A stretch of 63,407 bases of DNA, the filler included, from Octopus bimaculoides (taxonomy: Eukaryota), in the NCBI RefSeq assembly GCF_001194135.2. It is 5 parts of 5 records of this genome, joined end to end, with 100 filler letters (N's around TTAATTAATTAA, not from the genome) between each part and the next. Parts side by side here need not be neighbours in the genome. Positions count along the whole stretch, not along the records: positions 35,702 to 52,119 come from NC_069005.1; 4 more parts are not named here. The stretch is one strand, 5' to 3'. Below the pieces are notes generated by a model, which saw only the letters and a list, made by a program, of their open reading frames with translations, made no database searches and was not told the DNA's origin. Position numbers and translations under genes: made by a program. Positions within the stretch are counted from its first letter, which is position 1. Every line of letters begins with the position of its first letter. Of the stretch, positions 40,770-51,464 are shown in pieces.

Positions 40770-43730
40770 CAAACAAAATTACTCAGGATGTTTCATTTTG
40801 GCTATTTATGCTCAAAGTTTGAATCCCACCAAACTCAAATATGCCTTATATCCTTTAAATAATAACTTTTGTAGTGTTGCTGGCACTACAACTCGTTGTG
40901 CATACATCAACACATTGTCACCCAGTGAGAAATGGTTTGCATTTGTGTTGCGCATATTTTCATCAATTTTAGCCTTCAGTATTTCTTTCATTTTTATAAT
41001 GAATTTATCATTTTCTGATTTTCATTTTGTCTTTTAAAGTCACTGGCAGTTCACAAATAACGTTACACAAAACATTTTAAATTTCATTTTCTACTTGCAA
41101 ACTGGCAATTACACTATCTTTAAATGATTCTGCATTTTTCAAAATCAGTCTTGATAGACAATCCACATGACCTAGTTTCTTGGATGGTATATACTCCATC
41201 TTGAAATTATAGTTTAATAATACTGTACCCTAGTGTTGTAAGCTATTAGCTTAGTATGGGTAAGGATTCTTTACTTTGACCTAAATATCGATAATAAGGG
41301 ATGGTGATCATCTGTAGACTTAAGCTTCTACCAATAGACTTAAACTTCTACCGTGTAAAAATCTTAAATTTTTTCTCAGCAAAAATAATTGCTGGCACTT
41401 CTTTTTGCTTTGACTATAATTTTTCTCTGCTGATATCAGAGAACGTGAAGCATGAACCACTGCCTTCATGTTACCATCTTTATATTTATGTAGCATTACT
41501 GTACTCAGAAATGTCTGAAGCTCTCCACTGTAGGATCGAAGTGTGTTAACAACAAATCAGATGTTAATGTGTTTTTTTTATATTTCATCAAATGCCTTTC
41601 AGCAATTTTTTGACCAATTCCATTTCATATCTTTTTTAGCAGATTATTCAGTGGAACTCTCGCCTTATGCATATTTGGAATATAATTTTAGTAATAATTT
41701 GCCAATCCTAAAAATGCTTGTAAGGTCACTATATTAGTCAGAGGGGTCATATTTCTAATTGTCTGCCCTCGGCGAGTCTAGTCAACATCCATTTCTGTCA
41801 ATGATTTGTCTTAAATGTTATTTTTGGTAAGAAAAATTGACACTTTTCTTCACTCAAAGCCATAATCCCTAATTTTTTTGAATACATATTTTACGTGCTG
41901 TATATGTTGATCCCTGGATTCATTTTTTATGAGAATATCATCCAGATATGGAATTGCAAATTCCCAATCCATTCACATTGCATCCATAGTCTGTTGAAAA
42001 ATTGCTGGTACAACTTTTAAGCCAAATAGTAACCTGTTGTTTATACAGTCCTTTATGTGAGTTAATTTTTAAGTATTTAGGGCATTCATCATCTACTCTA
42101 ATTTGTAGGTATGTGTCAGAGAGATCCAATTTAGAAAATATCTTGTCACTGTTTAAATTCCAAAAAAAATATCCTCCAGAGTAGGTATCAGATAGTGGCA
42201 TGTTTTCAGACATTTGTTTAAACCAGTGGAAAAATCAGCGCACACTCTGATTTTATAATTCTTTTTTTTAAAGTACACAGTTGGTGCTGCCCATTTCAAA
42301 TGTTCCACTTTTTGGATGACTCCAATTTTTTTTAGTCTCTCTCACTCTAAATTTATCTATTCTAACACTGCAAACAGTTTGGTGTTTTCTTGTATTTGAA
42401 ACTGTGTCTTCATTTTGGTACGCAGACCTAATTTTTTTTTCAATTCGTCTGACAACTTAGTTGTAGTGGAGAAAAACCGTTCACCTTTTTATAGAAAAGA
42501 TTTATGGGGAGGTTCCATAAATTAAATGATTACATCCAGTCAGTACTGAACAAGTTTTTTGCATTATTTAACACAAAATCTTTCACTTTTAAGGTTTTTT
42601 CACAAAATGTAAAGTTACTTATCAATTTGCTCTTAAAATATAATTTTTTTCCTGAAACACCAAACGCAATTTTCAATTTAGGCCTCCCAATTTTTTCCCA
42701 TGTATCTGTGTTTATCATTGAGATGTTGCTGCCTGTGTCCAATTGTAACATTATGTTTGTGCTATTAATTTTTACATACACAAATTTCCTTTGAGGCTCG
42801 TTTCTATTCTTTGTCGCAGATAATCCTTTTACATGATTTTTCTCTCTCTCTTTACTCTTTACTTGTTTCAGTCATTTGACTGTGGCCATGCTGGAGCACC
42901 ACCTTTAGTTGAGCAAATCGACCCCAGGACTTATTCTTTGGAAGCCTAGTACTTATTCTATCAGTCTCTTTTGTCGAACTACTAAGTTACGGGGACGCAA
43001 ACACACCAGCATCGGTTGTCAAGCGATGGTGGGGGGACAAACACAGACACACAAACATATACACACACATACATANNNNNNNNNNTATATACATATATAC
43101 GATGAGCTTCTTTCAGTTTCCATCTACCAAATCCAGTCACAAGGCTTTGGTCGGCCCGAGGCTATAGTAGAAGACACTTGCCCAAGGTACCACGTAGGGG
43201 GACTGAACCCAGAACCATGTGGTTGGTAAGAAAGCTACTTACCACACACCCACTTCTGTTGAACCGTTTTTTAGGTTCTGTCCTACAATGCAACTTTTTA
43301 TGGTTTATTTTACCACACTTGTAGCATTTTATATATTTATAAATGGACAGATATTTTTTCTCTTGTTTCTTATCCATTACCAGTCAACATGCCTGAATCT
43401 GAGAACAATCTTTCCCTTCAATTTTATTTGCATCATGTCATCAATTAATAATCCTCTGACATTCTTCTGCTATTGCCTGTACAGTTATATTTTGGTCCTG
43501 TTCTAATTTTGTTAATATCCAGGAATATATATCTGCATCTTTGTTTGCAGTAAGCTCTTGAACAAAAATTAAAGACTTAAATATTTTTAACTGTACAAAG
43601 CAAGCTTTGAACAACTTGTCACTACTTTTATATCCTTGTACTGGATATATATAACAAGGCAAGGGCAAGACAATATATACATGATGCACTACTATTACTA
43701 TTACATGACACTCAACTCTCGGTATCAAAG
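40770..43730 (-). mobile_element. Degenerate Ty3/Gypsy LTR retrotransposon internal region (gag-protease-RT-RNase H, truncated), interrupted by a SINE
   Basis: Minus-strand fragments: gag-like ELTANKDADIYSWILTKLEQDQNITVQAIAEECQRIIN; zinc knuckle CYKCGKINHKKLHC (about 43270-43330); protease LQLDTGSNISMI; RT IFSKLDLSDTYLQI and YLDD (41937-41948). Many stops and frameshifts. No LTRs recognised. Ends approximate. Confidence 0.88.
42855..43258 (-). mobile_element. Family A SINE inserted between Gypsy gag and protease
   Basis: Full family A consensus interrupting the Gypsy reading frame. Confidence 0.85.
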
Positions 43731-43789
43731 GCTCACAGTGAACTGCTAGTTACACAAACTGCCAATCACTCACAGTTCACCTTTAGTCA

Positions 43790-44930
43790 CTTGGGGTGGG
43801 GGTTGGAATCTTTCTATATGTACCAATCTAGAACAGGATTCAATTTAATTGACCAACCTTCACCTTCAAATTTCAAGCCTTGTATTTATAAAGTTGATAA
43901 ATCAAAGTTCCGATCAAGTAGTGGAATTGATGAGGCCAACTAAATACCCTCCCTTCAAAATTACTGGCCTTATACCTAAATCAAAACCCATTGAGTTCAA
44001 ATCCTGCTGAGGTCAATTTTGTTTTTCATCCCTCTAAGGGGTTGATAAAATAATGTACCAATCTAGAATAGGATTCAATTTAATTGACCAACTTCCACCT
44101 TTAAATTTCAGGCCTTGTGCTTATGCAAGAAACAGTTACAAAAAGTGGAGGGATTGGCAGGATTGTTAGAGTGTCAGATAAAAAAAAAAAGTATTTCTTC
44201 TCTTTACATTCTGAGTTCAAATCCCAACTGAGGTGAACTTTGTCTTTCATTTCTGCAAAGTTAATAAATTACAGTACCATTCAAGTACTGGAGTTGATGA
44301 TGTCAACTAAAATACCCTCCCTTCAAAATTGCTGTCCTTGTGCCTAAATCAAAAACCACTTAGTTCAAATCCTGCTGAGGTCAGTTTTGCTTTTCATCTA
44401 TTATAAGGTCAATAAAATAATGTACCAATCTGGAACAGGAGTCATTTTAGTTGACAAACCTCCACCTTCACATTTCAGTTCTTGCACCTTATATTACAAA
44501 CTATTAAAAAGTGGTGAGCTTGAAGAAATCTTAGAGCAATGGTAAAAGTGTCTTGTGGAATTCTTCCAGCTCCTTAACTTCTGAGTTTAAATTGTATTGA
44601 GATTTACTTTGCCTTTCATCCCTCCAAGATTGATAAAATAAAGTATCAGCCAAGTACCAGAGTCAAAGGCAGAGACAAAGCCCTCTCCATAAATTTGCTG
44701 ACCTTGTCCTTAAATAAAGTGGTGAACTGGAAGAATAGTTGGAGTGTCAGACAAAATGCCATGTGGTATTTTTTCTGACTCTCTGTGTTCTGGTTTCAAA
44801 TCCTGCTGAGGTCAACACTGCTTTTCATTCTTTCCAAGTCGATGAAATATAAGTACCAGTTACACACTGGGGTTGATGTAATTGACTGGCCCCCTCCCCA
44901 AAAACTTCAGGCTTTGTGCCTATAGTAGAG
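43790..44930 (+). mobile_element. Head-to-tail array of decayed family B SINE pieces
   Basis: Recurring gagttcaaatcctgctgaggtc / ttttcatcc / tgtaccaatctagaa units, about six partial copies in one orientation. Confidence 0.75.
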
Positions 44931-45464
44931 AGGATTATTGTCTTATAATAATTCTGTTTGTCATTGTGTTACTTAGCCTGTCGGTAATGTTTTCACGTGA
45001 TTAGAAGTAAAAGAGGGAGGGAGAGAACAGTCCATGATGTGAGATAGATAGAATGTAATTTTAATGCTTTCATGTGATTAGTTGAAGGAAAAGAAAGGAG
45101 AAAAAAAAGGATAAGGCGAAGAGTGAGACAGAAAGAGGGAGAGAGAAGCGTCCATGACATGAGATAGGGGGAATATATTTATTAAAAAAGTCAGTTGAAG
45201 GTAGTGAAATTGAGATATAATTTTAGCAGAGGGGTGACATTTTGATGTTGAAGTTAAAGTAAGGCAAAGAGAGAAGGGAGAGACGGAGATGGTGGTGGTG
45301 ATTGCATAGTGAAAAGGATATTTTTTTATTTTTAATAGAACTAAGTTTCTTTATATCACCTATCACTTAAGACATGCGCGTAAGTGCAATTCCATTGCAG
45401 ATATTCATGCTTATTTGCATGGCAGATATATGCAATTTAGCTAAAAGTTGTATCATATTCTTTT

Positions 45465-45650
45465 TAGTCATTTGTCTGTGGCCATGCTGGAGCACCACCT
45501 TTAATAGAACAAATCAACCCCAGGACTTATTCTTTGTAAGCCTAGTACTTATTCTATCGGTCTTTTTTGCCAAACCACTAAGTTACAGGGACATAAGCAC
45601 ACCAACATCAGTTGTCAAGTGATGGTGGGGGGACAAACACACATACACAA

Positions 45651-45698
<48 letters not shown>

Positions 45699-45845
45699 GG
45701 CTTCTTTCAGTTTCCGTCTACCAAATCCACTCACAAGGCTTTGGTCGGCCTGAGGCTATAGTAGAAGACGCTTGCCCAAGGTGCCACACAGTGGGACTGA
45801 ACCTAGAACCATGTGGTTCGTAAGCAAGCTACCACACTTGCGCCT
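45465..45845 (-). mobile_element. Family A SINE, near full length
   Basis: gtcatttgtctgtggccatgctggagcaccacc ... taccacacttgcgcct. Confidence 0.85.
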
Positions 45846-45993
45846 ATGTGTGTGGATATCCTTTTTGTTTATGGGGGAAATGGAAAAATAAGAGTGAATA
45901 TTTATTTTATATGTGCTGTGTATTAAGTCTGTGGTGAGATGGAGGAAGAAGACAACAAGAAACAAAAGGACAGAATGAAGCGTTGGACCTTAC

Positions 45994-46017
45994 CTTGCCG
46001 ACCGCAGCGGGGTACAT
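45994..46017 (-). CDS. Candidate first coding exon of an unidentified antisense gene (MYPAAVGK, phase 0)
   Basis: The minus strand reads gcgatcATG TAC CCC GCT GCG GTC GGC AAG | GTAAGG: A at -3, near-consensus donor, and a pyrimidine-rich intron start, all within a CpG-rich island. No second exon could be assigned. Confidence 0.55.
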
Positions 46018-46230
46018 GATCGCTCCTAATCAGAACACGTCTTTCTCGTAACGTCGCTGTTTTCTCACTGCTCCACGTGCTAGCNNNNNNNNNNGTCGCT
46101 GTTTTCTCACTGCTCCACGTGCTAGCCTTCGACCGCGTGTCGCCGACTTCCGATCTGACCCTTCCGGTCTGTCTTCACCTCTGTTTGCCTCACCCCTCTC
46201 CACCACAACACACAGCTCATCACAGCCCAT
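46018..46230 (-). promoter_or_regulatory. CpG-rich promoter / 5' UTR island with tandem ETS (GABP-type) motifs and an E-box
   Basis: ACTTCCGA at 46146-46153 and CTTCCGG at 46161-46167 (CGGAAG core on the minus strand), plus CACGTG. CpGs are abundant here although the surrounding block is CpG-depleted. Confidence 0.55.
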
Positions 46231-46782
46231 AACACCACAAAGTCTATAAAATTGTGTATAAAATATATAAAGTGCATTAAGTAATCATCATATTCCAATT
46301 TCCTTCACTTTTCAAAGATTAGCAGATGAGCAACTATCTTTTGATACAGACACAACACAGGCTATACTTTCAGGTCTTTTGGATAAAGTTTTCAGAAATA
46401 ATCTAATGGGTTTACCATTAATTCTATGAAATATTCCTGGGTCCCACTAGTTATAATTATTAAGGCAGTGAGCTGGCAGAATCTTTAAAATGCTGGGCAA
46501 AATGCTTAGCAGGATTTCATCTGTCTTTACGTTCTGAGTTCAAATACCATTGAAGTAAACTTTGCCTTTCATCCTTTCAGGGTAACATATCAGTCACACT
46601 TTAACCACAATGGCTGTGATATTGATATCACAACACTGTTGTGACATCATCTGACTATTATTTATTTGTAGTGGATGAGTAACAGTTAAGCATTGCTCAT
46701 CCACTACATTTGCATGTTGTTAGGCAACCTATATTTAGATTCACTCTATACTCCAGTCTTTGTTCTTGTCTTTTCCTCTCAG

Positions 46783-47018
46783 CTGCTGAACAAAAGAAGA
46801 ATAATGATGCACTGCGAATTACAGTCATGTTTGATCGTCTTCTGCTGATGGATCTCAGACAAAATATAGCCAACACAGAGGAGAGCGTTTATGATGAGAT
46901 TTGCAATTATGATTGTCCACCACAGACCTTCTACAACACCCTGAAAGCTGTCATCAATATTTTCTATCCAGAAAATGTCATAATGGAAGATTCTGAAGAT
47001 TGGGATTTGCTGAAAGAG
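46783..47018 (+). CDS. EFCAB5: EFCAB5-like gene, internal exon C (AEQKKNNDALRITVMFDRLLLMDLRQNI...CPPQTFYNTLKAVINIFYPE...EDWDLLKE)
   Basis: Long pyrimidine tract plus AG at 46781-46782, donor GTTAGT at 47019. 236 nt, phase 1 to phase 0 (G+CT = Ala). Resembles recalled EFCAB5 FRIMLLELQESI...ILKAVILFFHPE...WDKCK. Confidence 0.87.
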
Positions 47019-47144
47019 GTTAGTTTTAAAAAAATATTTTCCTTTTTTTTTCTTTTTTTTTTTGCAGTGAGTGTCAAAGAAAAATACCATTAATTTAAGT
47101 TCCATTTTCTCACATTCTGATTTTTAACTTTTTTGTTACAAATA

Positions 47145-47310
47145 GGTGCAGGCGTGGCTGTGTGGTAAGAAGTTTGCTTCTCAACCATATGGTTCAGGGT
47201 TCAGTCCACTTTGCTGCACCTTGGGCAAGTGCCTTCAATTATAACCTTAGGCCAACCAAAGCCTTGTAAGTGGAGTTAGTTGACTGAAGCTGAAAGAAGC
47301 CTGTCAAGTG
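47145..47310 (+). mobile_element. Family A SINE head
   Basis: ggtgcaggcgtggctgtgtggtaag...ggttcagtcc...gctgaaagaagcctgtc. Confidence 0.8.
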
Positions 47311-47530
47311 TATAAATATATATATATGGGTAAAAGAAAATACAAGAAGATCAGTTAATTAGGATTTTATTCAACATATTCTCCTCTCAGATTCACACAC
47401 TTATTGAAGTGGTCTTTCAGTTTTTCTAAGCCCTGTAAAAGAAGTCAGATAGTTGGGCCTCTTACCAAGCCTTTCAAGTTACCCTTAAAATCTGCAACTT
47501 TTCAGTACCCTATCCTTAGAAGAAAGAATT

Positions 47531-47569
<39 letters not shown>

Positions 47570-47735
47570 TTATGTTTGACTTTTGTTTTGCATTTGTACA
47601 AGTTGGATCCAAGTCTCACCCAGAGACCTCAAGAGACAATTATTATTAAGGTGGTGAACTGGCAGAATCATTAGCATGCTGGGAAAAATGTTCAGCAGCA
47701 TTTTGTCTGTCTGTACATTCTGAGTTCAAATTCCA

Positions 47736-47779
<44 letters not shown>

Positions 47780-47823
47780 TATAGTGGGGTAGGCTGGTTT
47801 ATGGGGTTATCCTGGGTTTCTTG

Positions 47824-47923
47824 CTCATAAGGGGTTTAGCCTTATGGTGTATCTTCAGACCCCAAACCCTGCTGGGGTCTGCTGGGGTCTTAAGATATAC
47901 TGTAAACTTATATTCCTTATGAG
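47824..47923 (+). repeat. 100-nt imperfect hairpin in the EFCAB5 intron
   Basis: ctcataagg...gtgtatcttcagacccc pairs with ggggtcttaagatatac...ccttatgag. Several mismatches are G:U-compatible on the + strand. Confidence 0.6.
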
Positions 47924-48019
47924 TATTAGTATTAATGCTCATAAATGATAGGCAAGAAAAGGAATAAACCAAAATTTATCTATATTTAAGGAAAAATAAG
48001 AAAATGGAGATAAAATCGA

Positions 48020-48247
48020 TGGCCGTTGCCAGTATCGCCTGACTGGCCTTTCGTGCAGGTGACACGTAAAAGCACCTACTACACTCTCTGAGTGGTTGAC
48101 GTTAGGAAGGGCATCCAGCTGTAGAAACTCTGCCAAATTAGATTGGAGCCTGGTGTTGCCATCCAGTTTCACCAGTCCTCAGTCAAATCGTCCAACCCAT
48201 GCTAGCATGGAAAGCAGACGTTAAACGATGATGATGATGATGATGAT
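48020..48247 (+). mobile_element. Young family C short element (RTE 3'-tail related), (GAT)n tail
   Basis: gacacgtaaaagcacc...ttaggaagggcatccagctgtagaaac...ccatgctagcatggaaag...(GAT)n. CpGs are largely retained. Confidence 0.8.
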
Positions 48248-48249
48248 CA

Positions 48250-48860
48250 AATCCATTGCCACCATGCACACCATGGAAGCTCTCCAGATATTGTCCAACG
48301 TGTCCATTGAAGTCACTAGCCACAAAGAGAAGGTCCCTCTCATTCGTCGACGAGGTTGTCTGCAAGAAGGTATCTTTCTGTTCATCAAGTATACCGAACT
48401 GAGTGGCATAGGCTGAGATAATGGTTGCTATTCTATGTTGCAGCACTAGTCTAAGCCTAAGTATTCTATCACCCATTTCTCATATCAACCCATTTCTCAG
48501 CAAAGCGTATACACATGCCACCAACCCCATCACTGTTCCCTACCCAGAAAATCTTACACTTATGTACTTTGCCTGTGAGGAACCTAGCAGAATCTCTTCA
48601 TCTTGGATGCAACACAAATCTACATGCCTCCGTTCAAGCATCTCAACAATCTCACCTGACCTACCTTTCAATGTGCCAACTCTGAGGGTGTGGACCAGTG
48701 AGACCCAGTAATGGGGGGACAGCATTTTGCATCTGAAAAGAAAGTTTGCATGTATTTTTGGCAGATGTTGTAAACATACAAATAGCCTACAGCCTGCATA
48801 CACTTCACTGTCGTTTTATTCGCTTCACAATCACGTTTACTATAACATAAACGAAACATT
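48250..48860 (-). mobile_element. RTE-clade LINE endonuclease fragment
   Basis: LRVGTLKGRSGEIVEMLERRHVDLCCIQ and LLFVASDFNGHVG are APE-endonuclease motifs typical of RTE elements. Confidence 0.8.
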
Positions 48861-49239
48861 GTGGCTAAATAGATAATAAAATAAATAGTTATTATTATAA
48901 TGAGTGCTATAAAATGAAAATTAGATGTGTGCTAGGTTGTACAAAGAAGAGTTGCTTGTCTGAACATTTTCTCTTTGTGGGGCAGAAATCACTTCATGAG
49001 GCAGAAATCACAAATATGAGGTAGAGAAGCTGAAGAGAGCTAATTTATAGGGAACAGAAATCATACCCTCATACTAGGCAAAATGGCGAATGACAAAACA
49101 CTATGGATGCCCTATTCCCTAGCTAAAGGTGATGTAACATATCCACAAACAAACAAGAACTACTAATTAACAATCAACATGGGAAAGCAAGGATACAGAC
49201 ATAGTTTGGACAAGTGGGAGAGAGGTGAAATTTTTGAGA

Positions 49240-49600
49240 ACTAGGGCTACAGTAGAGGAAACACTGGAACATTTGGATAAGTTAGGGGATAACAAAACAA
49301 AACAAATGAAGAGAAGGAAAAGACATGAGTAGAATAAGTACTAAGCTTAAAGATCTTGCAAAGGCTGTAACATACAAGGCACAACACTGGCATACAATTA
49401 CAGGCTGTGCACTACATTTCTGTGTTGTTAGTACAGCATACAGGATGGAGATCAGCCCAGAAAAGAGCAAGGTGCTCATTAATAGTAGCAACCAAAACAC
49501 AGCAACCAACATAATGCTGTAGAGAGGGTGAAACTTGATGAAATGGATACCTTCAAGTACCCAGGATTCATTCTGATCAAGGACAGCAGATTTCTTCAGA
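49240..49600 (+). mobile_element. Decayed RTE-like RT fragment
   Basis: AYRMEISPEKSKVLINS...LDEMDTFKYPG resembles the RT thumb motifs GL.IN..KTKVM and V..FKYLG. Confidence 0.55.
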
Positions 49601-49689
49601 TTTCATATTCAAGTAATTGCTTTTGTTTCCTACCCAGGTTTTGACCAACATACTTACATATGAATGAAGACAGTTACATCAAGAAGTGC

Positions 49690-50160
49690 CAATCTCTAAT
49701 TGTGGAGGGGACATGTGGAAGGGGTAGGCCCAGGAAGATGTGGGACAAAGTGGTGAGAAAGGATCTTCAGACATTGGACCTCATGGTGGGGATGACAGGG
49801 GACTGAGTCCTGGTAGTTTGCTGTACTTGAGAAGATACATCAAGCTAAGTAAAACTGAGGTTGTCCTTGCATACAGACATATCTCCTGCATCCTTCTTCA
49901 GCTGAGCATTCCTAATCTTGTGGGCTTGTGGGTTCCACGTCAAAAGTACCTGTACTGTTGCTACATGTAAGCACTCATGCCAGAGCTGCATGTTAGTACC
50001 CAGTACATTCTGTAAAGGTGTTGGTGTTAGGAAGGGCATCTAGCTGCAGAAACTACACCAAAGCAGACGTGGAGTCTGGGCAGATTTTCAGCCAACCAGC
50101 TCCTGTCAAACTGTCCAACTCATGCCAGCATGGAAAAGGGACATTAAAGGATGATGATTA
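49690..50160 (+). mobile_element. 3' end of an RTE LINE (ORF terminus, 3' UTR and GAT tail)
   Basis: CGRGRPRKMWDKVVRKDLQTLDL is followed by the ...ttaggaagggcatc...catggaaa...gatgatga tail shared with repeat family C. Confidence 0.75.
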
Positions 50161-50302
50161 TGACATTATACTTCAGAGATATGAACAAGTCACTGGACTA
50201 AAATAAATTTTTGATTTTGGAAATACTGAACCTGACAGATTTCTGGCTTAAATATGGCACACATAGTCTAATATTTGTTTTTGTCTTTTTATTTGATTCT
50301 AG

Positions 50303-50399
50303 TTTATAAATTCAGAACTCCATGAAAAGATTGATGAGTTTGACCCAACTGCTGAGGAAAATGACTTTGATGGGGATAGTATCAAAAAATATCTTGAAG
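50303..50399 (+). CDS. EFCAB5: EFCAB5-like gene, internal exon D (FINSELHEKIDEFDPTAEENDFDGDSIKKYLE)
   Basis: Acceptor tttgattctAG at 50301-50302, donor GTAAAT at 50400. 97 nt, phase 0 to phase 1. The FDPTA motif matches recalled EFCAB5 VNKYLVNNICAFDPTAK. This exon is absent from the supplied ORF track. Confidence 0.85.
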
Positions 50400-50544
50400 G
50401 TAAATATACTAAATCAGTTATTTTATATCCAGTAACATTCAAATGCCATAAAGTATTGGTTATTGCAAATGCTTTTGAACTTTGTTTTCTGATACAGGCC
50501 AACTAGTAGGAGAGAGAATATTGAGTTTTAGATCATTTCTGTAA

Positions 50545-50582
<38 letters not shown>

Positions 50583-50726
50583 TTTATTTACACACACACG
50601 CACACGCACAAACATGTATGTAAACATACACAAACATGCATTTGGACTTTGATAATGTGTACACAGGTAGATCAAACTATATAAACAAAAATCCTTAGTC
50701 AGAAGTAATAAAGGTATTATTTTTTA

Positions 50727-50760
<34 letters not shown>

Positions 50761-50888
50761 TATTTTGCTTAGTCATAGGGAGACTTATACCTGGTGTAGA
50801 ACTCAGTATACATCTGGTTCAGAAAACCAATGTTAAATGAGTATAGAGTGGTAATAGAAACAAAGAGATGACACTGCAAAAAACACAT

Positions 50889-51178
50889 GTTATATAATGA
50901 ATTTCATTAGCTTGCAGCTGTTTCTGCTATAGGATGTGGTGGACTTTTAGTTGAGTACTAGGAGAACATCCTATAGCTTCATCAGAGCCTTGGGAAAGTT
51001 ACATTTTCAGAACATAGCCATCAACAGTTTATGTTGATGGCTATGGGAAGTTATGAAAATATAACTTTTCCAAATAAAGTCCATTATATAAATGAAGCTA
51101 TATGATGTTCTCCTGGTACTAAACTAAAAATCCACCACACCTTATAGCAGAAACAGGTGTTGAAGTTCATTACATAAC
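50889..51178. repeat. About 290-bp foldback palindrome
   Basis: The arms pair from gttatataatgaa / ttcattacataac inward to a perfect 14-bp apical stem, catagccatcaaca-gttta-tgttgatggctatg. Confidence 0.8.
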
Positions 51179-51250
51179 TTTTGTTTTTCTCCAGTGTCAT
51201 CTCTTTGTTCCAGTATAAATATATATGTAGATGTATATATATATATATAT

Positions 51251-51411
51251 AGGTGCAGGAGTCGCTGTGTGGTGAGTAGCTTACTTACCAACCACATGGT
51301 TCCAGGTTCAGTCCCACTGCATGGCATCTTGGGCAAGCGCCTTCTACTATAGCCTTGGATCAACTAAAGCCTTGTGAGTGGATTTGGTAGATGGAAACTG
51401 AAAGAAGCCTG

Positions 51412-51464
<53 letters not shown>

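Noticed and set aside
45994-46017. Assigning MYPAAVGK to Groucho/TLE (8-codon first exon starting MYP) or to NSRP1/SSH2 (human EFCAB5 neighbours)
   Set aside because: It lacks the TLE RHP motif and does not match the recalled N-termini of the others; no downstream exon supports any name.
46053-46126. 32-bp direct repeat (gtcgctgttttctcactgctccacgtgctagc) in the promoter island
   Set aside because: The copies flank a 10-N gap exactly, typical of an unmerged contig overlap.
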